Positions 1 through 9,034 of a stretch of DNA of 64,000 bases are shown here, in pieces. A program made the translations under genes and the position numbers. The first letter of the stretch is position 1, and the number at the start of each line of letters is the position of its first letter. The stretch is taken from the sequence record PV112478.1; one strand, given 5' to 3'. The notes beneath the pieces are model-generated. The model did no database searches. It had not been told where the DNA came from and worked only from the letters and a program-made list of their open reading frames with translations.

Positions 1-87
1 TTTATTACCCATGAAGAAGCTCGTTATTCTGTAGTTAATTTGGACGGTAGGGAACCACTGGTCATTTCGCCTACCTTGCATAAGTAA
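1..87 (+). CDS. 3' end of a gene entering from the left edge (partial)
   Basis: Open frame FITHEEARYSVVNLDGREPLVISPTLHK* ending at 87, followed by a bidirectional terminator. Confidence 0.35.
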   Translation, partial: FITHEEARYSVVNLDGREPLVISPTLHK

Positions 88-118
88 CGTCCGAAGGCCA
101 AAAAAGAAACAGAAAAAA

Positions 119-152
119 TAAAAAAAAAGAAGGTGTGAAAACACCTTCTTTC
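119..152. terminator. bidirectional intrinsic terminator
   Basis: A-run + AAGAAGGTGT-gaaa-ACACCTTCTT + T-run between convergent genes. Confidence 0.7.
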
Positions 153-187
153 GTGACAGATGCACTATAAATAGCAAGAGGAATAAA

Positions 188-742
188 TTATGAAAACCCG
201 GCCAAAAGACGTTGGAAAGAATTCAACTCTTTAATGTATTTAGCGAGCACCGCAGCCTTCAGTTGGATATCTAATCCAGGCGGGAGTTGTTCCTTCAGCC
301 TGATCTGTCCGAACTGACTTTCGAACGTTGCGTAGAGAAAAACTTTACCAAGCTCTAACCGTAACCCTGCGTTGATCGCTCTTAACGGTAACGGATGTTT
401 CTCGGTGAGAATATCCCACTGCTCGGTGAACCCGCGAACGTTAAGGCAATACCCTCCTTCTGACGCGAGACGATTGATGTCGTCACCGGTCATGGAAAGA
501 TAGAGGTCTGCTATGTCAACCCCCAACTGGGTAACTGGGAATCGTTTGTTCGGCTCTTTCAGCGCGTATTTAAGTACCAGCGTACTATAATGCTCTTTGA
601 CAATGTTCTGAATATCAGTTTTCGCCTCTTTCGTTTTAAACGACGTCACTAACGAGCCGTAGTGTCGTAATTCATGGATGACGTTCCCTTGTGTCACGTA
701 ACTCTTCGCTCTAATTTTGCCCAGATCAAAATTATAGTACAT
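188..742 (-). CDS. hypothetical phage protein
   Basis: 184-aa ORF with AAGGAG RBS, in minus-strand operon. Confidence 0.7.
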   Translation of the reverse strand: MYYNFDLGKIRAKSYVTQGNVIHELRHYGSLVTSFKTKEAKTDIQNIVKEHYSTLVLKYALKEPNKRFPVTQLGVDIADLYLSMTGDDINRLASEGGYCLNVRGFTEQWDILTEKHPLPLRAINAGLRLELGKVFLYATFESQFGQIRLKEQLPPGLDIQLKAAVLAKYIKELNSFQRLLAGFS

Positions 743-776
743 TACTCGCTCCTTATTTACTGTCGTGGCGGTACGG

Positions 777-1229
777 TTATTGACCAGCGATTAACGCGTT
801 CTCTAACACTAAACGAAGAATCTTATCGTTCAGGTCGTCACGGTTAGTGGGCGAAGTAATCCGCTTTTTACGCAGCCCTTCTGCGACCGTTCCCGTATTG
901 AACTCGAGTGTAAGGTAGCCCACGTCTTCTTTCTTGTCTTCCAGCCAACGATATTCATACTCGAATTTTCTATCATCATACGCGACAGGGTGGCGAGAAA
1001 CAATACGGTAGGTGCGGCACATCACTTTATTTTGAAGATCACTGTAGAGCTTGTAGATCTCCATTTTAGTGACTTGACCTTTGACTTCCCGGTAATTCTC
1101 TGCCGAGAGTTCCGCGATCAGTTTACCGTCCTTTGCCAAGAGCAGGTTTCCGTGATGGATAGTCGCAACCATTCCGTCTTCACGGCGCTCTTGTAGACCG
1201 GCGCAGCCTGTTAGTTCAAATGTAATCAC
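777..1229 (-). CDS. hypothetical phage protein
   Basis: 150-aa ORF, start overlaps upstream gene end. Confidence 0.7.
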   Translation of the reverse strand: MITFELTGCAGLQERREDGMVATIHHGNLLLAKDGKLIAELSAENYREVKGQVTKMEIYKLYSDLQNKVMCRTYRIVSRHPVAYDDRKFEYEYRWLEDKKEDVGYLTLEFNTGTVAEGLRKKRITSPTNRDDLNDKILRLVLENALIAGQ

Positions 1230-1734
1230 TGAGTAATCCTTTAAAAAGTTTGAAAGCTTCTGGTTGGTAACCGATTTGTTCTGGGGCTTCCGAAGGACTG
1301 AGAAGGTAAAACCGATTCTCCTCGTCTTCTTGCCAAAGGAAATGATCCCGATAATCTAATAACCCATCAGGATATAAAAGATCGTAATAATAATCCCCTA
1401 CTTTCAATAACGAATGACCAAAACAAAAATCAGTCGGCGTATTGTCGTCGTAAGAAATCTCTTGGTAATAAAATAAAAATTCTTCCGGGTGATCGGTACA
1501 CAGTTCTTTCCCTAAATCACTGATGGCTAAGCAACACCCTGAATAGACTTCGCCAGGGCCTTGATCCGCTGAACCGTATAACCAGATATCAAAATCATCG
1601 CCTGGAACAAAACCGATTTCTTTCGCCCGCACTATCCCCCAGTCCCAACAATGTTGACCGAGATTTAGGTTGTTAGTCAGAAAGAACTCCTTGTAGACTT
1701 TCCTCAACAAATGCAGGTATTCACTTGTCGTCAT
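1216..1734 (-). CDS. putative papain/transglutaminase-like Cys-His-Asp protein
   Basis: Start re-called at MTTSEY (1734), abutting the upstream stop; motifs YSGCCLAIS...FGHSLLKVGDYYYDLLYPDG. Confidence 0.55.
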   Translation of the reverse strand: MTTSEYLHLLRKVYKEFFLTNNLNLGQHCWDWGIVRAKEIGFVPGDDFDIWLYGSADQGPGEVYSGCCLAISDLGKELCTDHPEEFLFYYQEISYDDNTPTDFCFGHSLLKVGDYYYDLLYPDGLLDYRDHFLWQEDEENRFYLLSPSEAPEQIGYQPEAFKLFKGLLSDYI

Positions 1735-1735
1735 C

Positions 1736-2080
1736 TTATTCGATCCTGTCGGTGTAATTTCCGTACCACCATCCATCCGGCGCCAACGTGACAACGATTC
1801 GACTTCCGCCTTCCAACGGAATCCATTCCTTATCAAAAACGTATTTAACAGGCCATGATGTCTCGTTAGCACGGACGCGTCTTCCTACGTTACTCTCTAA
1901 AGGAAGAAACCGGAATCGAAACATTTCTTTATTTTCCAGGGTTCCAATTTCTACCTTGACGTCAGGTATTCGACAACTTCTACGAACCGCCCGGGAAAAG
2001 GTAGCGATGATTCTTTTTTCATTGCGATAAAATTTAACACAAGGTGTAGTTTTAATTATACTCATAGGCAATTTCATCAA
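1736..2080 (-). CDS. hypothetical phage protein
   Basis: 114-aa ORF with RBS, coupled to next gene. Confidence 0.6.
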   Translation of the reverse strand: MMKLPMSIIKTTPCVKFYRNEKRIIATFSRAVRRSCRIPDVKVEIGTLENKEMFRFRFLPLESNVGRRVRANETSWPVKYVFDKEWIPLEGGSRIVVTLAPDGWWYGNYTDRIE

Positions 2081-2104
2081 AAAACCCTCTTAACGATTAT
2101 AGAA

Positions 2105-2132
2105 CCTCTAGAGACGGAAACGTCTCTAGAGG
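2105..2132 (-). terminator. intrinsic terminator hairpin
   Basis: CCTCTAGAGACG-gaaa-CGTCTCTAGAGG perfect 12-bp stem after the lysin gene. Confidence 0.7.
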
Positions 2133-2144
2133 GGAGTATTTTAT

Positions 2145-2825
2145 TCAGCGAGGTGAATGGTTATCTGCAAGGGCTATAGGTAACTGGTTCTGAAACGCAT
2201 AAAGCGTGACTTCCTGTTTATACGCCTTGCGGTGATTTGAAACGACGGAGTTGACGTATTGCTTGAATCCGGCAACTGTGCGGGGTTTACCTTTATCAGT
2301 GTAGAAGTACGCGCGATTACCTGCTGCGCCTCCTGCCACCCTTACCGCTAACCGATCATTTCGTGCCTTCAATATTTTCACTGCACCGCCGGGTCCTAAC
2401 AGATGGGCCATGTAGATTTCATTGATCCCGACCTGACGCTGGAGTGAACGCTCTAAAAACTCTTTGTTCTCCTTCATGTACGCTACCGCCATAAGCGTGT
2501 TCGCACGTGAGTTTTTTACACTGGTTCCGGGTTTGACCCCGTACTGTTTACCGTACTTCTTTACCGTGGCTCGCCACGTTCGATCTGTAAAACCAAATAG
2601 TCCTTTTGCTGAAGAGTGTTTATTGTGCATACCGGCGCCCATCGTACTTTCAATGGAAGCCATGGTAACCAAGTCAATCATTTTAACGTCGGTTTTTTGA
2701 GATACTCGATATAAGGTATCGCTATGCTTTGCAAAGCCTACGCTATTAGTCGAGACAGATGCGGTTGCTGGGGTAGCAATAATGCTTACCAGGCAAAGGA
2801 CAAGCGCCCAGAAATAGTTTGGCAT
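2145..2825 (-). CDS. lytic transglycosylase (SLT/lysozyme-like) with N-terminal signal peptide
   Basis: ASIES catalytic Glu, SSAKGLFGF, YMAHLLGPGGA motifs of phiKZ gp144-type catalytic domains; hydrophobic leader ending ATA. Confidence 0.8.
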   Translation of the reverse strand: MPNYFWALVLCLVSIIATPATASVSTNSVGFAKHSDTLYRVSQKTDVKMIDLVTMASIESTMGAGMHNKHSSAKGLFGFTDRTWRATVKKYGKQYGVKPGTSVKNSRANTLMAVAYMKENKEFLERSLQRQVGINEIYMAHLLGPGGAVKILKARNDRLAVRVAGGAAGNRAYFYTDKGKPRTVAGFKQYVNSVVSNHRKAYKQEVTLYAFQNQLPIALADNHSPR

Positions 2826-2921
2826 TTCTCATATTTCCTATTCAAATCAAAAGAAAGCCAAGGTAACCCTTGGTTACGTATCTCAACGTAACCGGGCATA
2901 CCCTGACTATAGAAAGGCGAA

Positions 2922-3569
2922 CTATTGCACCGAAATCACCCGCTCTTTCATCAAAGGGAAATCAAGATTCGTCCGGAAATCGACAATCTCGTGATCAAAG
3001 AAGCTGATATAGACGCGTTCACGGTCAACCAGATTACCGATGACAAAACGCGTAGTACCGAGTCGGATATGTTCCGCGACGACACTGAATGCGTACAGCA
3101 GCTCACCTGGATTAAACGGTATACTGTTCCCCTCAACGTTATCGACAGGCAATGACAATACTTCTGCCGCCACGAAGATGTGTGTTGTTCCTCGATGCCA
3201 CCATGCGTATTTGTGCACGCCTTCTTTCACTTTCAACATCACCGCAGGAATATCCGGGCGAGTGAGATCAAGAGCAATCTGCTGCACTGTTGGGAAAGTC
3301 GCACAGAGTTCAAAAAGTACCCAGAAGAGGTCTTTGTGATCCTCTCCTACCGCTGCATTCAGTTCCTCAATAGCGGTTGCGCTACCGTACTGACCGATAA
3401 CACTACTGAAGACAACGGGTTCGTCCAATAACTTGCTCCCTGGGTGTGGCACGTTCTCGAAGTTTTGAGTTTCTTCCGCACTGATTGGAACGGTCAGGGT
3501 CAAAGTTTCCGTAGCGTTATCCAACGTGAAGTTACCGGTCTGGAAGATTTTAAGTTCTGGTTTACTCAT
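2922..3569 (-). CDS. hypothetical phage protein
   Basis: 215-aa ORF. Confidence 0.7.
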   Translation of the reverse strand: MSKPELKIFQTGNFTLDNATETLTLTVPISAEETQNFENVPHPGSKLLDEPVVFSSVIGQYGSATAIEELNAAVGEDHKDLFWVLFELCATFPTVQQIALDLTRPDIPAVMLKVKEGVHKYAWWHRGTTHIFVAAEVLSLPVDNVEGNSIPFNPGELLYAFSVVAEHIRLGTTRFVIGNLVDRERVYISFFDHEIVDFRTNLDFPLMKERVISVQ

Positions 3570-3617
3570 TTTCTTTTCCGTATTAAGGTTAGTCTAACAA
3601 ATCAAGAGAACGTAACG

Positions 3618-3736
3618 TGACTTTGCAAATCGAAGTCAAGGTCAACTACTTAACCGTTATGACTCTAAAAGTCATAACTCTAAGGATGGACCTACGGTCT
3701 AATTAACGCACAGGCTTCGCCGTGCGAAGGTCAACA
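3618..3736. other. multi-hairpin non-coding element
   Basis: Four stem-loops and a direct repeat AAGGTCAAC within a 200-nt ORF-free gap. Confidence 0.45.
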
Positions 3737-3768
3737 GATAAATATAAATAAATTTATTTTTCGATGAA

Positions 3769-4176
3769 TCAACTTTTGTACAACGCGATTACCTTCAAAA
3801 TCTCACTGACCATCGAATCGGGAAGTTTGAAATCGTTCCGTTCCATTTGTTCCTTAAAGAGACGAATCTCTTTCAATGACCGATCCACTCGTAAACCGAA
3901 ACGATCTCCTAACCAGAACAACATCGGGTTTTTCATAAAACGTTTCAGTAGGCGTTGCTCGGGTTCCGTCAGTTCGTCAAACGTCCGTAAGACTTTAATG
4001 CGTAAGAGCAGCGGACGGCGTTTCGGGGATTCTAAGTAACGAGAGAGACGTTCAAAGAGTTCATTGTCAGAAATCTCTGGATTTTTCTCAGAAGGGATTA
4101 ACCGATCGATATAGTCATCACTGAATCCAAAAGAGCGAAGGAAACGTTCCGCAACGTCATAGTGGCGAATGGCCAT
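3769..4176 (-). CDS. hypothetical phage protein
   Basis: 135-aa ORF with GAGG RBS, directly downstream of a TATATCAC promoter motif. Confidence 0.7.
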   Translation of the reverse strand: MAIRHYDVAERFLRSFGFSDDYIDRLIPSEKNPEISDNELFERLSRYLESPKRRPLLLRIKVLRTFDELTEPEQRLLKRFMKNPMLFWLGDRFGLRVDRSLKEIRLFKEQMERNDFKLPDSMVSEILKVIALYKS

Positions 4177-4202
4177 GGTAATACTCCTCTAGTTAGTACA
4201 TT

Positions 4203-4217
4203 CAATAACGTGATATA
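4203..4217 (-). promoter_or_regulatory. phage promoter motif TATATCAC-NN-TATTG
   Basis: Same motif at 9035-9049, 33819-33833 and 42576-42590, always upstream of minus-strand genes; resembles the phiKZ early TATATTAC. Confidence 0.65.
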
Positions 4218-4238
4218 GTTTTTAATTCAATTTGAAAC

Positions 4239-4270
4239 AAAAAAAAGAAAGGGGCGAACCCCTCTCTTTT
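4239..4270 (-). terminator. intrinsic terminator
   Basis: AAAGAAAGGGG-cgaa-CCCCTCTCTTT stem with flanking A/T runs. Confidence 0.6.
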
Positions 4271-4635
4271 CAGCTGATCGGAACGATCTCGAGAAACCGT
4301 TTACTGACAGTAATACGGCTCCGTTTTCGTTTCGCCAACGCACGTTCCAGCACCGCCCGCAGTTTGATAGCTTGTAGCCGGGTTAAGTCCCAGACAATCT
4401 CTTTGCGCGTGACACATTTCCAGAATCCCCAGTAAGTGCCCGTGGAGATACGGATGATATTGTTCTCAGAAGCGATGAGACGTTCTCTCAGCGTCGGTAA
4501 GTCCAATGTCAGTAAATGACCAGGGGTTTTGATAGAGTCGGTTAGCTTGTCATTCAGCGCGTTATAGAGCGCTTTCATTTCACGGGGCTCGATAACCATA
4601 TCCCGATACCCGTAAACTTGAATCTCAACGGCCAT
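4270..4635 (-). CDS. hypothetical protein, paralog of 4625-4990
   Basis: Shared W-x-LTR-x-QA...LAKR motif. Confidence 0.7.
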   Translation of the reverse strand: MAVEIQVYGYRDMVIEPREMKALYNALNDKLTDSIKTPGHLLTLDLPTLRERLIASENNIIRISTGTYWGFWKCVTRKEIVWDLTRLQAIKLRAVLERALAKRKRSRITVSKRFLEIVPIS

Positions 4636-4990
4636 TTTTATTTACCGCCATCAGCTGAATTTGAGAAAAGCGCACTTGGTTAAAAGACATCACCAGTCGA
4701 TCGGATTGACGTTTCGCTAAGAAAGCTTCGCAACGTAACATCAAACGAAACGCCTGACTGCGAGTTAGCTTCCAGTAGTGACGATTGCCTAACCAGATCT
4801 GAAGAAGACCGTCGTCAATATCGATGACACGGACCAGAATATCTTCGCCCTGATTTTCTTCAAGGTCAGCGGCGATAGTCGCCCGGAGCTTTTTGGCGTA
4901 GTGACGACTAAGAACCATCTTAGGGACAATAGTATTTTCTTTTTCTTTCGCTGAGTCCCATTGTTTGGCAACGTTCTGAGTAAAGTTCAT
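4625..4990 (-). CDS. hypothetical protein, paralog of 4270-4635
   Basis: Shared W-x-LTR-x-QA...LAKR motif; AACTAAACC leader + AAGGA RBS. Confidence 0.7.
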   Translation of the reverse strand: MNFTQNVAKQWDSAKEKENTIVPKMVLSRHYAKKLRATIAADLEENQGEDILVRVIDIDDGLLQIWLGNRHYWKLTRSQAFRLMLRCEAFLAKRQSDRLVMSFNQVRFSQIQLMAVNKNGR

Positions 4991-5058
4991 TTTGAATTCC
5001 TTATTGGTTTAGTTAGCATAGTCCTTCGGTCAAACGACCGAAGGAAGTGTAAATAGGA

Positions 5059-5448
5059 TTAAGCGGCTTCAGCCATTTTGATACGAATTTCTGAAGGGAA
5101 ATCGAAAGCGACTTCTTTCCCTGGGCGCAATGCTTCCCGACGAGAAGCAACTTCGATGCGAACGTTTTTACGAATCTGAATACCAATACCCAGATCGGTT
5201 TTGTAACATTCGATGTCACGGTATTTATCGTTGGTGATTTCAATGGCGTTCAGTAACAGCCATTTGATATCACCTTTACGGTCGAAGGCAATGTCTTGCA
5301 GCTGCGCATAAAGCGGGTAGTATTCGGTTTCGAAAAGAATCTGTGCCGGAGTATCGACGAATTCAGTTTCGTGGTAAAGCGCTCTCAGTAAACCGGCGAT
5401 GCGAGCAGCGGTGATAGCGAGGGTTTGTTTATCAGTGAAAGTGATCAT
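5059..5448 (-). CDS. hypothetical phage protein
   Basis: 129-aa ORF with GGAG RBS. Confidence 0.7.
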   Translation of the reverse strand: MITFTDKQTLAITAARIAGLLRALYHETEFVDTPAQILFETEYYPLYAQLQDIAFDRKGDIKWLLLNAIEITNDKYRDIECYKTDLGIGIQIRKNVRIEVASRREALRPGKEVAFDFPSEIRIKMAEAA

Positions 5449-5489
5449 TTTTGGATACTCCGGTAGAATTGTTGAGGTAAAAGAATGTC

Positions 5490-5810
5490 TTAGGAAATGT
5501 TTTTAACTAACCGTTTGAATACGCCCGCATCGATAGTGAAGCAAACGATGCTCGCGGGTTCGACGTAATGATTGGTCAGCGTGAAGATGTAGTCGTCGTA
5601 GGTTTGCAGTATCTTCAATGCCGCCTCGTAGACGCTATGGTCTGCTTTACGAACTAATACAACGGTGTTGTACGAATCCCCGGGCAGGAGAAGGCGATCA
5701 CCCAGCGCATTGGCGTCATCGTGGGAAAAGATCAACTCGATACTGCGGACGTCGTTTGATTCGATGTCGTTCTCGAGAAAGACCACGGAGTTCATTTTTG
5801 AAAAGCGCAT
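5490..5810 (-). CDS. hypothetical phage protein
   Basis: 106-aa ORF with GAGG RBS. Confidence 0.65.
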   Translation of the reverse strand: MRFSKMNSVVFLENDIESNDVRSIELIFSHDDANALGDRLLLPGDSYNTVVLVRKADHSVYEAALKILQTYDDYIFTLTNHYVEPASIVCFTIDAGVFKRLVKNIS

Positions 5811-5819
5811 GTTTAACCT

Positions 5820-6479
5820 CTATTGGTTGAAAACGGAAATGAAGCGACTTACAACACGCGTACGACCTTTACCCGGACCGCGCTTAATTGGACAGGTCAT
5901 CGTGAGACGGTACGCTTTTAATACATCACCATCGAAGTCTGCAAAACCAGGCACCGCTGGTCCTTTATTTGCATGAAGATTAATAAGAGGGAGATGAGGG
6001 ATCATCGTGATACGGGCATCTGAAGTTAATAAATTATTCAGCAAAGCCTCCCGCTGAGATTGATCGTAATGGCCGATATTGTCTTTGTCCTCAAAAACAA
6101 TAACCTTAGAGTTATCGGGAGAGCCATAGATGTCTAGCTGGGGGCTATCAAGGAATTGAACTGTTTCGTACGGTTCTTCTGAAAGCACAACAATTTCTTT
6201 CAACCCGTCAATGATTGAAGAAGTTGCAATTACTGCCCGGACTTCTCCAGCTGGGGTCGTATCGTGAATACAATGTCGTGCAGCCATTAAAGATAATTGC
6301 ATCCCTCTCACTTTTTCACTTCTAACGAATAGTTCAGGTAATGACATGTCGTAGAACGCTTCAGCGTTATGTGATAATAGGTAAGCAATTTTCTTCTGGG
6401 AAATCTCAGTATCTTTTACAGTATCGAACCATGATAAAATATCTTTGGCCAGTTGTACGATAGTTTCAAAATTAGCCAT
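5820..6479 (-). CDS. hypothetical early protein
   Basis: 219-aa ORF, first gene after the repeated promoter module. Confidence 0.7.
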   Translation of the reverse strand: MANFETIVQLAKDILSWFDTVKDTEISQKKIAYLLSHNAEAFYDMSLPELFVRSEKVRGMQLSLMAARHCIHDTTPAGEVRAVIATSSIIDGLKEIVVLSEEPYETVQFLDSPQLDIYGSPDNSKVIVFEDKDNIGHYDQSQREALLNNLLTSDARITMIPHLPLINLHANKGPAVPGFADFDGDVLKAYRLTMTCPIKRGPGKGRTRVVSRFISVFNQ

Positions 6480-6492
6480 TTCACTTTCCTCT

Positions 6493-6590
6493 AAGTTTAG
6501 TTATTTAGAAAGGTCTTTACCTTTCCTTCTTCACCTTGGCTATATATACATCAAAAAAACTGCATTTCATTCCCTTAGAAAGTTTTTATG
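6493..6590. promoter_or_regulatory. divergent promoter module (minus-strand early promoter + plus-strand TATG)
   Basis: TTCACCTTGGCTATATATACATCAAAAAAACTGCATTTC (6530-6568) recurs with 2 mismatches at 27486-27524; related copies near 30.4, 49.7 and 60.1 kb. Confidence 0.7.
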
Positions 6591-7874
6591 TTACCCATTC
6601 TAATTTTGAAGGACACTGTTGTGGAAATCAAAAACCTTTTTGACGATCGTTTTAAGAACGTCGTTTACGATAGTCGCTTTGCCAGGGATGTCGCTGTTTT
6701 CACGAAGACCTTCGAAAACAAAGGCGAACATGCAAACTTCTTTGGTAGCGGTCTACTCGGTACCGTTAGGATTCGTTGGACAAACACCGAAACCAATGGG
6801 TTCTTTGATGACATTTTAAAAATCGACCCCGATGACCTGAAAGCTGACATCGACGAACTGGATTGCATCGATCCAAGTCATATCGTGACTACGGACGCCT
6901 TTAACTTGATGATCGTCTACTGCGTCCATCGCGCGATGACCAGTGGTAAACTCTCAGCGGTACAACGAAAAGAAACCGCGATTAACCTGTTAAGAATTCT
7001 CCACTTTAAATTCATCTGCGGGATCATCACCCGGTACTTCCCGCACGGGACAGACGTACAGATCGCACTGCGAACGTATGAGGCCATGACTAACCGCTTC
7101 GACCTCAAGATCTACAAGACTTGGGGCAAACTCATTACGGCCCGCGCCCAGTCAATTATTGAGCCTCACGGCATCCACGCGAAAACGATCCAGACCTTCA
7201 CTGACGACGACGCTGTCAAGTACATGCTCTCGGATATTCAGACCCGTATTCGAACCGTGATCAAAACGTTAACGGCGCTCTATTACCAGGTCAGAGAAAA
7301 CGATGGTCGAGTTATCTCGGTCTCCAGTATGGTTGAGGTCGAGGGTAACCTCGAGCTGCGAGACGTTAAACGTGCCTTCCCGAAATACCGGCGTTACCTC
7401 TTTGAACAAATGACTGACCCGGCTAGTTTTATACGTTTGGAGTTAGTGGATATTCTGACAAAGAATGCCCCTTCGCAGAAAAAAGCGTTAATTGCCACGT
7501 TGCAATATACCAGCTTGCATGTCATTAACCCGGAAACGTTATTTAACACCAACCGTGGGAAAGAAGTTAAGCAGAGTAAAGAAACGCGTCAATTGGTTGA
7601 GTTTACTGAAAGAACGCTCGAATATACTTTCGACTTTATTCACGGTAAGGGAATCAACCCACGCAACCTCGTCGAGTTAATCGGCAGCATCAAAGCGGTA
7701 TTGAACGCCTCCCGTAACAAAGAACCGGAGGTCATGTACCTCAGAACCGAAGGCGATAAGATTGTGCGTGCAGCCACCGGTAAACGCGAACCTACGCCAG
7801 TCTCTGCGGAACGAACATCGTTTATCCTGTATTTGATTCTGCGTACCCTGACAATGAACTACTACCAAAATTAA
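6588..7874 (+). CDS. conserved phiKZ-like jumbo phage protein flanking the terminase block
   Basis: 428-aa ORF; position next to terminase and sequence recalled as a conserved phiKZ-group protein; true start may be GTG ~6621. Confidence 0.6.
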   Translation: MLPILILKDTVVEIKNLFDDRFKNVVYDSRFARDVAVFTKTFENKGEHANFFGSGLLGTVRIRWTNTETNGFFDDILKIDPDDLKADIDELDCIDPSHIVTTDAFNLMIVYCVHRAMTSGKLSAVQRKETAINLLRILHFKFICGIITRYFPHGTDVQIALRTYEAMTNRFDLKIYKTWGKLITARAQSIIEPHGIHAKTIQTFTDDDAVKYMLSDIQTRIRTVIKTLTALYYQVRENDGRVISVSSMVEVEGNLELRDVKRAFPKYRRYLFEQMTDPASFIRLELVDILTKNAPSQKKALIATLQYTSLHVINPETLFNTNRGKEVKQSKETRQLVEFTERTLEYTFDFIHGKGINPRNLVELIGSIKAVLNASRNKEPEVMYLRTEGDKIVRAATGKREPTPVSAERTSFILYLILRTLTMNYYQN

Positions 7875-7876
7875 AC

Positions 7877-7909
7877 CAAAAAAAAAGAGAGGGGTAACCC
7901 TCTCTTTTT
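7877..7909. terminator. bidirectional terminator
   Basis: AAAAGAGAGGG-gtaa-CCCTCTCTTTT between convergent genes. Confidence 0.75.
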
Positions 7910-7918
7910 ATATTTTCG

Positions 7919-8965
7919 TTATAACCCGATTTGTTTCGCCAGTCGGCAATAACCACGATAGAACGCGTCGATCAGAAGATTCTCGAGAAGCGGAATGGAG
8001 GCGATACTCTGTCCAAAGACGTTGTAGTTCCAGGTGACGTGTTTGCGTACCGCACAGGTGTTCTCGGGTCGTGGGCCTTTCACCATATAGGCAATATCGC
8101 CTACGCTGGAAGTTAATACCCAACGCCCCTGATCTTCCCGGTATTCGACGTCCGTGATAAAGCGATCGGTTTTAAACTCTTCTTCGCTCAACGGTGAACC
8201 GATGATATCTTCCACTGCTTTTCGCATGTAAGAATCAATCAGCGGGATTTTCTCGACGTTTCCGTCGATATGGTAACCAAACCCCTTACCGAGTATTGAC
8301 CCTACGTAGAAGCCTTCACAGGTGTCTTTATCGTTGGATCGATTAATGAGCTTTAGAACAAGGTCAGTTGTGCTGTCAAAGAACAGGGCAACGTTCGGGA
8401 GAAACTGGTATTCACCGCGGCGTTGACAAACCACTTTGTGCGCCCAGCTTAATTCGAAGTGTTCCCGCATGTACAGGATAAAATCTTCACCCAGTTGTTT
8501 CTGCCAGGTACGGCCGTAAAAGTCACCGGTCCACGTACTCTTGTCGTCGGCCATAGTTCCGACTGCGATCGGGCGACCATTCATCAACAACGTCCGCTGC
8601 ATGACATGAATTTTAAAACGACAGTTGAGCATAAACCGTGCTCGCGCTTTCTGACCAATAAACCCTTGGAAAGCGTGTTGGATCGCCAGGAAACTAAACG
8701 GGCTTTTCGTTTCCTGAGTGAAATGATACCGCGTAGTATCGCCGCCTTCGGTAACGAAGACAAGGTGTTTCATTTCTAAGGTAGGGTTAGTGCTAAACCG
8801 TAAAACAATATTGTCGTCCTTGTCCGTAAAGATAAATCCGTTTTCGTTACGATAACCAAAAAGACGATCCTTTTTACTGATCTCCAAAACCCCTTCGTAG
8901 TGAAAATCAGTCCCTGTTTTCTTATCGTAAACGGTACTGTAAACAAACGTTTCTATCGTTGCCAT
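7919..8965 (-). CDS. hypothetical phage protein
   Basis: 348-aa ORF with AGGAG RBS, downstream of a TATATCAC motif. Confidence 0.75.
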   Translation of the reverse strand: MATIETFVYSTVYDKKTGTDFHYEGVLEISKKDRLFGYRNENGFIFTDKDDNIVLRFSTNPTLEMKHLVFVTEGGDTTRYHFTQETKSPFSFLAIQHAFQGFIGQKARARFMLNCRFKIHVMQRTLLMNGRPIAVGTMADDKSTWTGDFYGRTWQKQLGEDFILYMREHFELSWAHKVVCQRRGEYQFLPNVALFFDSTTDLVLKLINRSNDKDTCEGFYVGSILGKGFGYHIDGNVEKIPLIDSYMRKAVEDIIGSPLSEEEFKTDRFITDVEYREDQGRWVLTSSVGDIAYMVKGPRPENTCAVRKHVTWNYNVFGQSIASIPLLENLLIDAFYRGYCRLAKQIGL

Positions 8966-9034
8966 GTCGTTCTCCTTTTAGTGTGGATAATAAAAAGAAT
9001 GTCAGCAATAACGCCGACATTCTGTTGCGTATTT

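Noticed and set aside
1735-1872. N-terminal extension of the 1216 ORF
   Set aside because: Overlaps the 1736-2080 gene; the better start is 1734.
3709-3722. 14-mer shared with 26.35 kb as proof of a common RNA family
   Set aside because: Several 14-mer matches are expected by chance in 64 kb; kept only as a supporting note.
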